64,000 bases of DNA from Minisyncoccota bacterium (GTDB taxonomy: Bacteria > Patescibacteriota > Minisyncoccia > UBA6257 > 2-01-FULL-56-20), in NCBI GenBank assembly GCA_025449695.1, contig JANWIW010000036.1, positions 320-64,319 on the forward strand, given 5' to 3'. Of the stretch, positions 46,401 through 56,568 are shown piece after piece. Numbering within the stretch: position 1 is the stretch's first letter; each line of letters opens with the position of its first letter. Position numbers and translations under genes: made by a program. A model generated the notes under the pieces. That model was not told the DNA's origin. It was given only the letters and a program-made list of their open reading frames with translations, and made no database searches.

Positions 46401-47021
46401 TCAGGATGACAGAGGAGCTGATTTTTTGGTTACTTCGTTCTTCTTCACGATGCCGTCGATCAAGCCGTACTTCACGGACTCGTCCGCGGTCAGGAAGTAA
46501 TCGCGGTCGGTGTCCTTCTCGATCTTCTGGAGCGGCTGTCCGGTGTGCCTGGCGAGGATCTGGTTCAGGCGGTCTTTCATCTTCAGGATCTGCCGTGCGC
46601 CTATTTCAATCTCCGTGGCCTGTCCGCCGATGCCCTCAATCATGACCTGGTGGATCAGAATCTCCGAGCTCGGCAACGCGAAGCGGCGCCCTTTGGCCCC
46701 TGCGGCGAGAAGCACCGCGCCCATAGAGGCGGCGAGTCCCACGCATATCGTGGACACCTCGGAGCGGACGTACTGCATCACGTCGTAGATCGCGAGGCCG
46801 GCCGTGACCGAGCCTCCCGGCGAATTGATGTAGAGCTTGATCTCTTTCTTCGGATCCTCGTATTCAAGGAAGAGCAACTGCGCCATGACGTTGTTCGCGA
46901 GCTGATCGGTGATCGGCCCCCCGAGGAAGATGATGCGTTCCTTCAAGAGGCGCGAGTAGATGTCATAAGCGCGCTCGCCGAACTGGGATTTCTCGATTAC
47001 GGTCGGGATCAGGTATTCCAT
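46401..47021 (-). CDS. clpP: ATP-dependent Clp protease proteolytic subunit
   Basis: [29 protein letters not shown]. Confidence 0.97.
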   Translation of the reverse strand: MEYLIPTVIEKSQFGERAYDIYSRLLKERIIFLGGPITDQLANNVMAQLLFLEYEDPKKEIKLYINSPGGSVTAGLAIYDVMQYVRSEVSTICVGLAASMGAVLLAAGAKGRRFALPSSEILIHQVMIEGIGGQATEIEIGARQILKMKDRLNQILARHTGQPLQKIEKDTDRDYFLTADESVKYGLIDGIVKKNEVTKKSAPLSS

Positions 47022-47126
47022 GGGGTAGTTTTTAGTTTCAAGTTTTTAGTTGCGAGTGGGGAAGCGACATGGCCCACCGCACTATGGTATAGGATTGGCA
47101 ATCAAATGGCAAGATTGCCAATTCCC

Positions 47127-47211
47127 TGTCATCCTGAGTGCAGCGAAGGACCTTCTGTGTTTGGGAGAAAAGAAGGTCCTTCGCCCGCCTGCTGGCGGTC
47201 TCAGGATGACA
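47127..47211. repeat. REP-like element (TGTCATCCTGAG..CTCAGGATGACA family)
   Basis: Terminal inverted repeats with inner GAAGGACCTTCT/AGAAGGTCCTTC; partial copies at about 1545, 19299, 24719, 46399. Confidence 0.85.
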
Positions 47212-47226
47212 ATAGATACGGATGCT

Positions 47227-49236
47227 TTACCTCAGGAACCTGACCATGAGCAGGGCGACGATGTTCGCCACCTTGATCATGGGGTTCACCGCGGGGCCGG
47301 CCGTGTCCTTGTAAGGATCGCCTACCGTGTCCCCCGTCACCGCTGCCTTGTGGGCATCCGAGCCCTTGCCGCCGAAATTCCCGGCCTCTATGTATTTCTT
47401 GGCGTTGTCCCAGGCAGCGCCGCCGGAGGTCATGGAGAGCGCCACAAAGAGACCAGAGACGATGGTGCCCATCAGGAAGCCGCCGAGGGCGGCCGCGCCG
47501 AGGAACCAGCCGACCAGGATGGTGAGCACGATGGGCAGGAGGGCGGGCACGATCATCTGCCGCAGGGCGGCGCGGGTCACGATGTCCACCGCCTTGCCGT
47601 ACTCGGGCTTCCCGGTGCCTTCCATGAGCCCTTTGATCTCACGGAACTGCCGCCGGATCTCTTCTACGATGGCGCCCGCGGCCACGCCGACCGCCTTCAT
47701 GGCGATGGAAGCGAAAAGGTACGGCAGGGCTGCTCCGAGGAAGAGGCCGATGACCACCATCGGGTTCGAAAGCTCGAACACGGCTGCGATCGCGTACCGG
47801 GAAAGCTCGTCCGCGTACCCCGCAAAGAGTGCAACCGCCGCGAGGCCGGCAGAGGCGATGGCGTAGCCCTTGGTGACCGCTTTGGTGGTGTTCCCCACCG
47901 CGTCCAGGGCATCAGTGATCTTGCGCACATCCTCCGGCGCGCCGCTCATCTCCGCGATGCCGCCGGCGTTATCGGTGATCGGCCCGAAGGAATCTATGGC
48001 CACCACGATGCCGGCCACGGAGAGCATGGAGGTCGCCGCGAGAGCGATACCGTACACGCCGGTCAGGGCGTAGGCGCCCCAGATCCCTGCCGCGATCACG
48101 ATGATGGGCAGGAAGGTGGATTCCATGCCCACGGAAAGCCCCATGATGATATTCGTCCCGTGGCCGGAGTTGGATGCCTCAGCGATGGACTTCACGGGGC
48201 GGAACTTCTTTGAAGTGTAGTAATCGGTGATGAGCACCATGAGCGCGGTCACGGCGAGACCGATCAGGGTCGTATGGAATATCTGCTCGGGCCCCGGTCC
48301 GCTCGAGCCGGCGATATGAAAGGTCCGAGCAACCCACCAGAAGCCCGCGGCGGAGATGACGAGCGAGGCGATGAGGCCCTTGTAGAGGGCGCCCATGATG
48401 TTCCCGTCTTGTCCTGAGCCCGTCGAAGGGCTCTTGCCGATACGCACGAAGAGGCCGCCGACGAGGGAGGCCACGATCGCGACGGCGCCGAGGAGGAGGG
48501 GCAGCTCCAGAGGGAACGAGGTGAGCCGCGAACCGAGGAGGAGGGCGGCGGTGAGCGTCACGGCGTAGGTCTCAAAGAGGTCCGCGGCCATGCCCGCGCA
48601 GTCGCCGACGTTATCGCCCACGTTGTCGGCGATCACGCCGGGGTTCCGCGGGTCGTCCTCGGGAATGTTCGATTCCACCTTGCCTACCAAATCGGTACCC
48701 ACGTCCGCGGCCTTCGTAAAAATGCCGCCGCCGAGACGCGCGAAGACGGATATCAAGCTGGCGCCGAAACCGAGACCGATCAGGGCGCTCACGTCATGCG
48801 TGTACATGAAGAAACCCCCGACCGAGAGAAGGCCGAGGGCGACCACCAGATAGCCCGTCACCGAACCCGCCCGGAACGCGAGCGTGAGCGCCGCGCCGAG
48901 GCCCTTCCTGGCCGCTTCCGCGGTTTTGGAATTGGACCGGACGGCGACGTTCATGCCGATATAGCCAGCCAGGGCGGACGCCACTGCGCCAATCAGAAAG
49001 CCGGCAGCCGTCGTCCAGCCGAGGGCCCAGCCGATGATGAGGAAGAGGACGAGAGCCACGACCCCGACCGCCCGGTACTGGCGATTCAGGTAGGCCGAAG
49101 AGCCCTCCTGGATGGCCCGCGAGATGCGCACCATCTCTTCGTTGCCCGAACTGCGGCCCTTCAGCCACTGCATGATTCCCAAGCTCCACACCACCGCGAG
49201 CGCCACCGCGCCGTACACGAGAAATGAGGTAGACAT
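47227..49236 (-). CDS. hppA: Membrane-bound H+-translocating pyrophosphatase (K+-independent type)
   Basis: [34 protein letters not shown] (Lys marks the K+-independent class), [10 protein letters not shown]. Confidence 0.95.
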   Translation of the reverse strand: MSTSFLVYGAVALAVVWSLGIMQWLKGRSSGNEEMVRISRAIQEGSSAYLNRQYRAVGVVALVLFLIIGWALGWTTAAGFLIGAVASALAGYIGMNVAVRSNSKTAEAARKGLGAALTLAFRAGSVTGYLVVALGLLSVGGFFMYTHDVSALIGLGFGASLISVFARLGGGIFTKAADVGTDLVGKVESNIPEDDPRNPGVIADNVGDNVGDCAGMAADLFETYAVTLTAALLLGSRLTSFPLELPLLLGAVAIVASLVGGLFVRIGKSPSTGSGQDGNIMGALYKGLIASLVISAAGFWWVARTFHIAGSSGPGPEQIFHTTLIGLAVTALMVLITDYYTSKKFRPVKSIAEASNSGHGTNIIMGLSVGMESTFLPIIVIAAGIWGAYALTGVYGIALAATSMLSVAGIVVAIDSFGPITDNAGGIAEMSGAPEDVRKITDALDAVGNTTKAVTKGYAIASAGLAAVALFAGYADELSRYAIAAVFELSNPMVVIGLFLGAALPYLFASIAMKAVGVAAGAIVEEIRRQFREIKGLMEGTGKPEYGKAVDIVTRAALRQMIVPALLPIVLTILVGWFLGAAALGGFLMGTIVSGLFVALSMTSGGAAWDNAKKYIEAGNFGGKGSDAHKAAVTGDTVGDPYKDTAGPAVNPMIKVANIVALLMVRFLR

Positions 49237-49354
49237 CGGACAGTTGTTAGTTTTTAGTTTGTAGTTGTTAGTGTAACAAAGTATTGCGCCATCCTCTGTT
49301 GAAGTTTGTCCGCGGACGGAATCAGCGATGATTTCGTACCCTGATCCTCAAGCC

Positions 49355-50644
49355 TCAAACTGCATCATGCGTCGAAGGCGGCTCCATCTTCTCTTCGTTG
49401 TCGCGCGCTTCCGCCACGTCCGCTTCCGGCGCCTCAACGTCCCCCGCCACGCCGCCCTCCTGGGTTTCATCGGGGCGCGATTCGGAGCGGATATCTATCT
49501 TCCAGCCGGTCAGCTGGGCGGCCATGCGCACGTTCTGCCCGCCGCGGCCGATGGCGAGCGAGAGCTGGTCCTCCGGCACGTACACGCGGCACTCGCGCCG
49601 GGGCAGGATCTCCACGCGATCCACTTTCGCGGGCGAGAGGGCGTTCGCGATGAACGCCTCTGGGCTGTCCGCCCATTCGATGATGTCGATTTTCTCGTTG
49701 CCGAGCTCGTTGTTTACGGCCATGACGCGGGTGCCCCGCTGGCCGACGCACGCGCCGATGGGGTCCACGCCCTCCGAGTTCGAGGCCACTCCGATCTTGG
49801 TGCGGCTGCCCGGCTCGCGGGTGATGGCCTTGATCTCCACGGTGCCTTCGGCGATCTCCGGCACTTCCAGTTCAAAGAGTTTGCCCACGAAGCGCGGATG
49901 CGAGCGGGACAGGATGATGCCCGGCAGGCGGGTGTCCTCCTGCACGGCCACCACATAGAAACGCAGGCGCTCTCCCTGGCGATAGCGCTCGCCGGGGATG
50001 CTCTCGCTCGCGAACATGACCCCGACCGCGCGGCCGAAATCCACGTAGACGTGCCCGCGCTCGAAGCGCTGGACCACGCCGGAAACGATCTCCCCTTCCC
50101 GGCCCCGCCATTCGTTCAGGATGGATTCGCGCTCCGATTCACGGAGCTTCTGGAGCACCGTCTGCTTGGCGATCTGCGCCGCGATGCGGCCGAAATCCTC
50201 ATGCGCCTCGAGCGGGAAGGTGATCTCCTCCCCCAGTTCCGCATCCGCTTTTATCTCCTTCGCCTCGGCGAGCATGATGTGACGCTCCGGGTTATACCGG
50301 GGCAGCTGGCCCTCCTCGGGCACTTCCTGCTGCTGCGGCATCTCCCGGTCTCCCATCTTGCGGGCCTCGTCCGCCCGGGCATTGCCCTCGGCTTCCGCCG
50401 CGATCTCCTCTTCGCTCGGAATGCGGACGGTGGATTCATCCACCACGGTCTTCACGCGCCAGAACTGCACCTCGCCTGTCTTCCAGTCCATCTTGGACCT
50501 GACCACCTCGCCGCGCGTGCCGTACTCGCGCTTGTATGCGGCCGCGAGCGACGATTCGATCGCTTCGATGACCTGCTCCGGCTGGAGCCCTTTCTCCTCG
50601 GCCACCTGCTTCGCGGCCTTCATTATGTCTTTGACGTTGAACAT
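49355..50644 (-). CDS. nusA: Transcription termination factor NusA
   Basis: FGRIAAQ, LSRSHP, REPGSRTK, GACVGQRG, LSLAIGRGGQNV. Confidence 0.97.
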   Translation of the reverse strand: MFNVKDIMKAAKQVAEEKGLQPEQVIEAIESSLAAAYKREYGTRGEVVRSKMDWKTGEVQFWRVKTVVDESTVRIPSEEEIAAEAEGNARADEARKMGDREMPQQQEVPEEGQLPRYNPERHIMLAEAKEIKADAELGEEITFPLEAHEDFGRIAAQIAKQTVLQKLRESERESILNEWRGREGEIVSGVVQRFERGHVYVDFGRAVGVMFASESIPGERYRQGERLRFYVVAVQEDTRLPGIILSRSHPRFVGKLFELEVPEIAEGTVEIKAITREPGSRTKIGVASNSEGVDPIGACVGQRGTRVMAVNNELGNEKIDIIEWADSPEAFIANALSPAKVDRVEILPRRECRVYVPEDQLSLAIGRGGQNVRMAAQLTGWKIDIRSESRPDETQEGGVAGDVEAPEADVAEARDNEEKMEPPSTHDAV

Positions 50645-50850
50645 GCTTCTATTGTTATTGAGTTGTTATTTAATTTTGATGACCTTTATGCAGGGTTCTA
50701 ACTGTTGTAACCGTTGTAATTGTTCTAATGAAACAGGTAGAACAATGACAACATTTCCGATAACTAAAACCCCCTTTTAAAGCGACAACCGCTCGTAGTG
50801 AGCGGTGTATGGGGCCATCATACGCTTCCAAGCCGCTTTGTCAAGCTGAA

Positions 50851-51497
50851 CTAGAATTTCTTTATGAAATCTCTCAGCTCCTGATTGTGGTTGTTCAAAT
50901 AAAAATTCATGTCTTCAGTGAACGTGCCCGGAAATTTCTTCATTTCGCTCTCTAGCTCATCTAACGAGTACCACAGTACCCCCTTTGCCTCGCGATCCAC
51001 GGGACGGATCCGCCCATTGTAAAGCCCCAAGTAGGTGTGCAATTTGTTCGCAATCTGAATATTTCACCATCGATGTTTCTTGTGAGTACTTGGATGTCGT
51101 CGTGATGGTGCTCGATAATGGCAATGGTTTCTAGGTAGTCATTCAATAACGACTTTGTTTTCTCGAAGCTAAGCTTTCCCCTGAGAACAACTGAAGGTAC
51201 CTGCAGCTCCTGTACGGTTTCTACCATAACGGCGTAGTCGGGAGTGTCACCAAAACGAATGTGCCCGCCTATCGACTTGTCGAGCAATCCGGGATTGTGA
51301 CTCTTTTCGAAAGATCTCTTCTGAATCAAAAGTTCATGATGCGAGTTAAATATAAAAACCGCGATAATGTCTGCCGCCTTAGTAGGCTCACCCGTAGTTT
51401 TGAAAGCCTCGACCTGCTCTCTATAAAACTCGGCGCGATCCATCGGGAACTCCTCATTTGGATCCGTCAGGGAACGCACGATGACTGTCTCGCTCAT
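50851..51497 (-). pseudogene. NUDIX hydrolase (IPP isomerase-like), frameshifted near 51060
   Basis: LLIQKRS..K..PG..D.SIGGH in one frame; plausible C-terminus continues in another frame; one extra A restores DGENIQIANKLHTY. Confidence 0.75.
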
Positions 51498-51552
51498 GGA
51501 TACATGATAACAGGACCGGCTTGATCACTCGTTCTGGCGAGGCATAAGAGCC

Positions 51553-52299
51553 TCATTGCTTGTCGCTCCACTCTTTCTCCGCCTCGCGCACGAGGGCCAG
51601 ATATTGATCGTTCTTGAACAATGCCGCGACGACCTCACCCCCGAGCTGTTTGCCGGCAGCGCTGTCGGTCGGATAGTGAACTCCCGCCAGTTCACGATGA
51701 TAGGCCACCGCGTCGGCAAACTGCATCCATGCTTCCGCTCTTGCCGGTATTAGGCGGCTGAGCGCCGAAGCCACCGCGTGCGTCTGTCCCGCATGCGCGC
51801 TCGGATAGGCGGGATGGTGGGGCACCGGAATGGCCGGAGTGATGCGAGGATCCACTTGGTGCGGGCGGGCGCGTGAGTAATGCTTTTTCTCCCTCAGAAG
51901 AAACCACCCGGTTTCCGCAGCGGTCGCGTTGATGAGTTCCATGGTTCTCGGCATCTTGTAGGGATCCAACCCGAACTCGCTCAAAAAGAAAGGCATCGGG
52001 TTCTTCGCTTCCTTCTCTATGATCGCCACGTCCGCAGAAGTTCTCTTCGCCTGAATATCCAGCATGTACGCTACTTCCGTCTTGGTCGTGGGCGAGCCGG
52101 AGAAAGGCGCAGGGGGAATTCTTATCAGAAGGTCTGCCGGGAGGTAATGCGGTCCCCTGTTTAAATCTTCCACGAGGACAGGGTCCCAGTCCGCTGCGGA
52201 GTAAAGGAGGTTGTCCGAGTGTGAGGCGTTGCGATAAGCAACGATCGCTAGAGCGATACCGAAAAGAAGGGCTGCCACTACGATCCATTTCCTTCGCAT
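51553..52299 (-). CDS. PAP2-family acid phosphatase, exported
   Basis: KKHYSRARP, AYPSAH, RELAGVHYPTD. Confidence 0.9.
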   Translation of the reverse strand: MRRKWIVVAALLFGIALAIVAYRNASHSDNLLYSAADWDPVLVEDLNRGPHYLPADLLIRIPPAPFSGSPTTKTEVAYMLDIQAKRTSADVAIIEKEAKNPMPFFLSEFGLDPYKMPRTMELINATAAETGWFLLREKKHYSRARPHQVDPRITPAIPVPHHPAYPSAHAGQTHAVASALSRLIPARAEAWMQFADAVAYHRELAGVHYPTDSAAGKQLGGEVVAALFKNDQYLALVREAEKEWSDKQ

Positions 52300-52378
52300 C
52301 CCAACACTTTACAGTCCTTATGTGAAAAATGCTAAAATCCTGGCGCGCGAAACGGTTTTGTCTCATCACTGGCCGCAC

Positions 52379-52765
52379 TTACACATTCTGATAATGATTT
52401 ATTACACAATCTTTCTCTTGCTTAGACAGTGTTATCGTAATGGCATCCACTCGCCATCCTATCTTGTGGACGAGCTGGGGATTGCTATTGGCAAACATGT
52501 GGGCAAGTCTGTGTACCCGGTCTAACTTCTTCTGGGTAAGATGGTCCTCTGGACGAAGATATTTATGGTCACGCAAGGCTTTCACCTCGATAAATACAAG
52601 CGTCCCGTCAAAATCACGAGCAATCAGATCGATCTCGCCCAATTTTGTCCTGTAATTCTTGTGGAGAATAGTCCAACCCAGGTTTTTCAGGAAGTCGGCG
52701 GCAAGGTTTTCACCATGTTCTCCCACATTTGTCCCCAATTTGCGCTTTTCTCGATCCAGAAACAT
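52379..52765 (-). CDS. yraN: YraN family (UPF0102) nuclease
   Basis: GE.LA.DFL...G..IL..NYR...GEIDLIA, VFIEVK, RVDAI. Confidence 0.9.
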   Translation of the reverse strand: MFLDREKRKLGTNVGEHGENLAADFLKNLGWTILHKNYRTKLGEIDLIARDFDGTLVFIEVKALRDHKYLRPEDHLTQKKLDRVHRLAHMFANSNPQLVHKIGWRVDAITITLSKQEKDCVINHYQNV

Positions 52766-52804
52766 TTTTAGTATGTAATTCAACAAACACCGACCAACAA
52801 TGTA

Positions 52805-53236
52805 ATGGATTTTATGACTTATGATTATATTCGAGGACTTATAGAGAGAGAAGGCAGTTTCACGTTTTCCACAAATTACTCTCAAGAAAGAAAGGTGCCT
52901 GCCTTCTCCATATCAATGCATATCCGTGATAAAAATCTCCTAGAGGAGGCTAGGAATAGATTGGGACTCAAAAATAAGGTCTACAGCTACGATTATTCGG
53001 GCAAGGGGAGACTTGGCAAGGGGCCTATGTCATTTCTAATCGTTCGTGAGTTTTTATCGCTAAGGAATATCATCATCCCGCTTTGTTTCAATAGACTCCC
53101 AGGCAATAAAGGCCGCCAATTTGACCAATGGCTCGATAAGATCGAGATAGATCCAATGGTTTCAAACAGATTTAAAGTCCTCGCATATCTCCGAAAGCAT
53201 GGCTTTTATGAGAAACTAAGAGGAAGGTTCATTTAA
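52805..53236 (+). CDS. Single-motif LAGLIDADG endonuclease-like protein, free-standing
   Basis: DYIRGLIEREGSF, PAFSISMH.RD..LL, IIIP....L.GNK..QF..W. Confidence 0.8.
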   Translation: MDFMTYDYIRGLIEREGSFTFSTNYSQERKVPAFSISMHIRDKNLLEEARNRLGLKNKVYSYDYSGKGRLGKGPMSFLIVREFLSLRNIIIPLCFNRLPGNKGRQFDQWLDKIEIDPMVSNRFKVLAYLRKHGFYEKLRGRFI

Positions 53237-53414
53237 GTCTTTGCTGTGCTTGTTCGTCGCCAAACAATTTGTTTGTCGCCAAACAATCGGAAAAACATTT
53301 TTGTTTGTCAGGATTTAGGCTTATTTTGATGGTTCGGCAGCCTTTCCTGAAAGTTCGGCAATTGCCGGATTGCTTCATTGCGTCCCCTTTATACATTCAG
53401 GTAGAATTATCCCC

Positions 53415-53762
53415 ATGTTGACCGACCAAGAGATTGCAATGTATACACGGAGGCTTGAGGCGGAGCGGGAAAGGCTTTTGAAGGAGATTGGAGTCGACTC
53501 CGAGCCCCATAACCAGGGCAACGACGTGACCAAGGCAGGAGATGAAGAGGCGGATGAGGCGGAGGACTTCTCTAACAAGCTGGCCATTGCCCAGACCCTG
53601 CGGGACGAAGTGCAGGAGATCGATGCGGCCCTGGAGAAGATTCGCAAGGGAACCTACGGGAATTGCGAAAAGTGCGGCCTCGAGATACCGAAGCCCCTCT
53701 TGAGCATCGCCCCCGAATCCATCCTCTGCGAGAAGTGCAAGCTGGAAACGGAGAGGAATTAG
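53415..53762 (+). CDS. DksA/TraR C4 zinc-finger protein
   Basis: DEAD, IDAALEKI..GTYGNCEKCG..I..P.SILCEKC. Confidence 0.9.
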   Translation: MLTDQEIAMYTRRLEAERERLLKEIGVDSEPHNQGNDVTKAGDEEADEAEDFSNKLAIAQTLRDEVQEIDAALEKIRKGTYGNCEKCGLEIPKPLLSIAPESILCEKCKLETERN

Positions 53763-53850
53763 TAATTGGTACTTAGGAACTACGAAGTCCTAGTTGTTGA
53801 TTACTGATACCTTTTATCTTTTTTTGAGCTAGATTGGTCACAATTGCGAC

Positions 53851-55383
53851 ATGGGTGCGACTGTCGCCAAGATCCTCTCTGCGGAACTGGAAGGAGTGTC
53901 CGCGAATCTGATAGAAGTGGAGGTAGATCTGAACGCCGGGGGAGTGCCTGCGATCGCTATCGTCGGATTGGCGGACAAGGCGGTCGGGGAGGCGAAGGAA
54001 CGGGTGAATTCCGCGCTCGCCAATACCGGCGTGAAACCGCCGAACCGGGAGAATCGCCGGATTACCGTGAACCTCGCGCCGGCGGACGTGAAGAAGACCG
54101 GCTCGCACTATGACCTGGCCATCGCGATCGGCTATCTGCTCGCAACGGCACAGGTGTTGCCTTTCAGAACGGAGGAAGCGGTCTTCGCCGGAGAGCTTGC
54201 CCTCGACGGGCGGTTGCGGCCGGTTCCCGGCGCCCTGGCCATCGCGGAGATGTGCGCGAGGCTTAAAATCGCGTGGCTCTACCTTCCCCGCGAGAACGCG
54301 AACGAAGCGAGCGCCATCGATGGCGTGAAGGTTATTCCACTGGCCAACCTGCGGCAGGGGATCGATGTGCTCGAAAAAAGAACGGTCGTACTGCCGCATA
54401 CGATGATGGCGATAGAGAGCGCGCGAAGGCATATCCCCGATCTTTCCGAGATAAAAGGGCAGGGGCATGCCAAACGTGCGCTCATGATATCCGCGGCCGG
54501 AGGACACAACGTGCTCTTGACCGGTCCGCCCGGAGCGGGGAAGAGCCTGCTCGCGCAGGCACTGGTCGGGATACTGCCCGAACTTTCGCGCATGGAATCC
54601 ATCGAGGTCACGAAGATATGGAGCGCGGGCGGTCAGATGCCGCACGGATTGATTGCCGAACGCCCTTTTCGCGCGCCGCATCAGACCGCGTCTCTTGCCG
54701 CGGTGATCGGGGGAGGCGGCGATCCGAGACCTGGCGAGATCAGCCTGGCCCATCGGGGTGTGCTCTTCCTGGACGAGCTGCCGGAGTTTCCGCGCGCGGT
54801 CCTTGAAGCGCTGCGCGCGCCCTTGGAGGATGGCGTGGTCCGCATATCCCGGGTGCGCGGCACGCTGCTCTTCCCCGCACAATTTGCCCTGGTCGCCGCG
54901 ATGAACCCTTGTCCCTGCGGTTACTTCGGCGACCCGGAGAAAGACTGCCGGTGCGCGGCCTATGAGGTCATGCGCTACCAAGGCAGGATTTCCGGGCCTT
55001 TATTGGACCGCATCGACCTCCAGATCCATCTACCGCGGGTGGCGACCGCGGTCCTGCGGGAGCATGCACCGGACAGAGGTTCGGAGAGCCGGACCGCAAA
55101 ACAGCATGTGGAAGCGGCGCGGGCGGCGCAGCTTGCGCGCTTTCGCGGCCACTCCCGGGGCATCGTTTCCAATGCGGAGATGTCTGCGAGGGATACCGAA
55201 GGCGCCCTGCCGCTCGAGCGTGATGCGGAACGGTTCCTGGATACACTCTCGGAGAAAAACCTTTCCCCGCGGGGCTACTATCGTCTTCTCAAGACCGCGC
55301 GGACAATCGCCGATCTGGACGGCATGGAAAAGACAACCTCGGCACATCTGGCCGAAGCGTTCGGGTATCGCGTACGGGAATAG
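53851..55383 (+). CDS. comM: YifB/ComM Mg-chelatase-like AAA+ ATPase
   Basis: VNLAPAD, GELALDG, GPPGAGKS, PFRAPH, LAHRGVLFLDE, ISGPLLDRID. Confidence 0.95.
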   Translation: MGATVAKILSAELEGVSANLIEVEVDLNAGGVPAIAIVGLADKAVGEAKERVNSALANTGVKPPNRENRRITVNLAPADVKKTGSHYDLAIAIGYLLATAQVLPFRTEEAVFAGELALDGRLRPVPGALAIAEMCARLKIAWLYLPRENANEASAIDGVKVIPLANLRQGIDVLEKRTVVLPHTMMAIESARRHIPDLSEIKGQGHAKRALMISAAGGHNVLLTGPPGAGKSLLAQALVGILPELSRMESIEVTKIWSAGGQMPHGLIAERPFRAPHQTASLAAVIGGGGDPRPGEISLAHRGVLFLDELPEFPRAVLEALRAPLEDGVVRISRVRGTLLFPAQFALVAAMNPCPCGYFGDPEKDCRCAAYEVMRYQGRISGPLLDRIDLQIHLPRVATAVLREHAPDRGSESRTAKQHVEAARAAQLARFRGHSRGIVSNAEMSARDTEGALPLERDAERFLDTLSEKNLSPRGYYRLLKTARTIADLDGMEKTTSAHLAEAFGYRVRE

Positions 55384-55389
55384 CCGTGA

Positions 55390-55740
55390 CTATGTTTCGT
55401 GCGCTTGATCGAAAAGCCTGTTGTCTTTGCGCTCCCTTTCATGCCTCAGGTGCAACTGCTCGAAATCTTCCTCGGAACCGTCGAAGAGAGGCTTTTGGTC
55501 TGCGCCCAGTATTCTGACCCTCGCTTCGCCCTGATCCACATAATGTTCCGGAGTAAACGCCTTCAAATCGATGCCTTCGAAGAGCGCGTTGCGAGCCCGC
55601 GCATCGGCAATGTATTCGCTCATCTTATAATCGACGCTTAGTACGCGTCTTAACTGTTCTTCTGCATCCTTGATGCGAGTCTCTGCAGACTCATCTGCAC
55701 TTCGCCAAGGCCCTACGCTATGTTCGAAGTGTTCTCCCAT
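55390..55740 (-). CDS. Hypothetical protein
   Basis: 116-aa charged ORF co-oriented with the M23 gene. Confidence 0.6.
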   Translation of the reverse strand: MGEHFEHSVGPWRSADESAETRIKDAEEQLRRVLSVDYKMSEYIADARARNALFEGIDLKAFTPEHYVDQGEARVRILGADQKPLFDGSEEDFEQLHLRHERERKDNRLFDQAHET

Positions 55741-55768
55741 GTCCAGTTGGCAAAAAGAAGACGGCCTC

Positions 55769-56518
55769 TTATTTCTTCGCGAAAGGATTCGTCGCGCCTT
55801 TCACCTCGAAATGGAGATGGCAGCCGGTGGCGCCGGTCGTGCGCCCCGAGTTGCCTATGGCGCCGATCTGCTCGCCCTGATCCACGCTGTCGCCGACCAG
55901 GACCGTGACCTGTGAAAGATGGGAGTACTTGGTCGCCGTCCCGTTCGGGTGTTCGATGTCCACGAAATTGCCGTAACCGCTATTCCAGTTTCCGGATCCG
56001 TCCGCTCCGGTGACCACGCCCTGGGCGGCGGCAATCACCCGCGTGCCGCAAACATTCGCGACGTCCACTGCGTTATGGGGGTGCAGTACGCCCCAGTTGA
56101 TGCCGGACGTGGGTTGGATAAAGTAGCGCTGCAGGCGAGGAAGGTTTTTGGGAGCTTCCTCGGCCGCCGAGCCGCCATCGTCCGGAACGGAGGGAGGGGG
56201 AGGCACGGTCAACCCTTCGGCGGGGGATGAAAGCGCTATAAAAGAGGCTTCCGCCTCGCCCATGCTCGCTTCCGCGTCATGATGGTGGTGTTCCTCCCCG
56301 GGAGCTATGGAGGCCACCCCGGCCAGGCTGGGCTCGGAGGCTGCGGTTGCAAGATCGGGCTCAAGGCCGGGACCGCCCAATATGCCGACGCCGCCCTTCT
56401 CCAGAGCGGCGGCTTGGCTGTGGGAGGCCAAGAAGCGCCCTCCCAAGACCATCATGACCAAAAGAAAGGCGATTCCTAGGGAGAGCGCCTTTTGGGAGGA
56501 CCTAAATTGGCGTACAAT
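55769..56518 (-). CDS. M23 family peptidase with N-terminal anchor (start uncertain)
   Basis: HNAVD, GYGN, YSHL, GNSG.TTG..HLHFEV; frame open upstream of 56461. Confidence 0.88.
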   Translation of the reverse strand: MVRQFRSSQKALSLGIAFLLVMMVLGGRFLASHSQAAALEKGGVGILGGPGLEPDLATAASEPSLAGVASIAPGEEHHHHDAEASMGEAEASFIALSSPAEGLTVPPPPSVPDDGGSAAEEAPKNLPRLQRYFIQPTSGINWGVLHPHNAVDVANVCGTRVIAAAQGVVTGADGSGNWNSGYGNFVDIEHPNGTATKYSHLSQVTVLVGDSVDQGEQIGAIGNSGRTTGATGCHLHFEVKGATNPFAKK

Positions 56519-56568
56519 CGTACTAATAGAGAAAGTATAGCATATTCTTCACTCGAACTTCATTCCGT

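Noticed and set aside
50789-50807. Hairpin ACCGCTC-GTAGT-GAGCGGT upstream of nusA as an autoregulatory leader
   Set aside because: Plausible, but a single hairpin without comparative support
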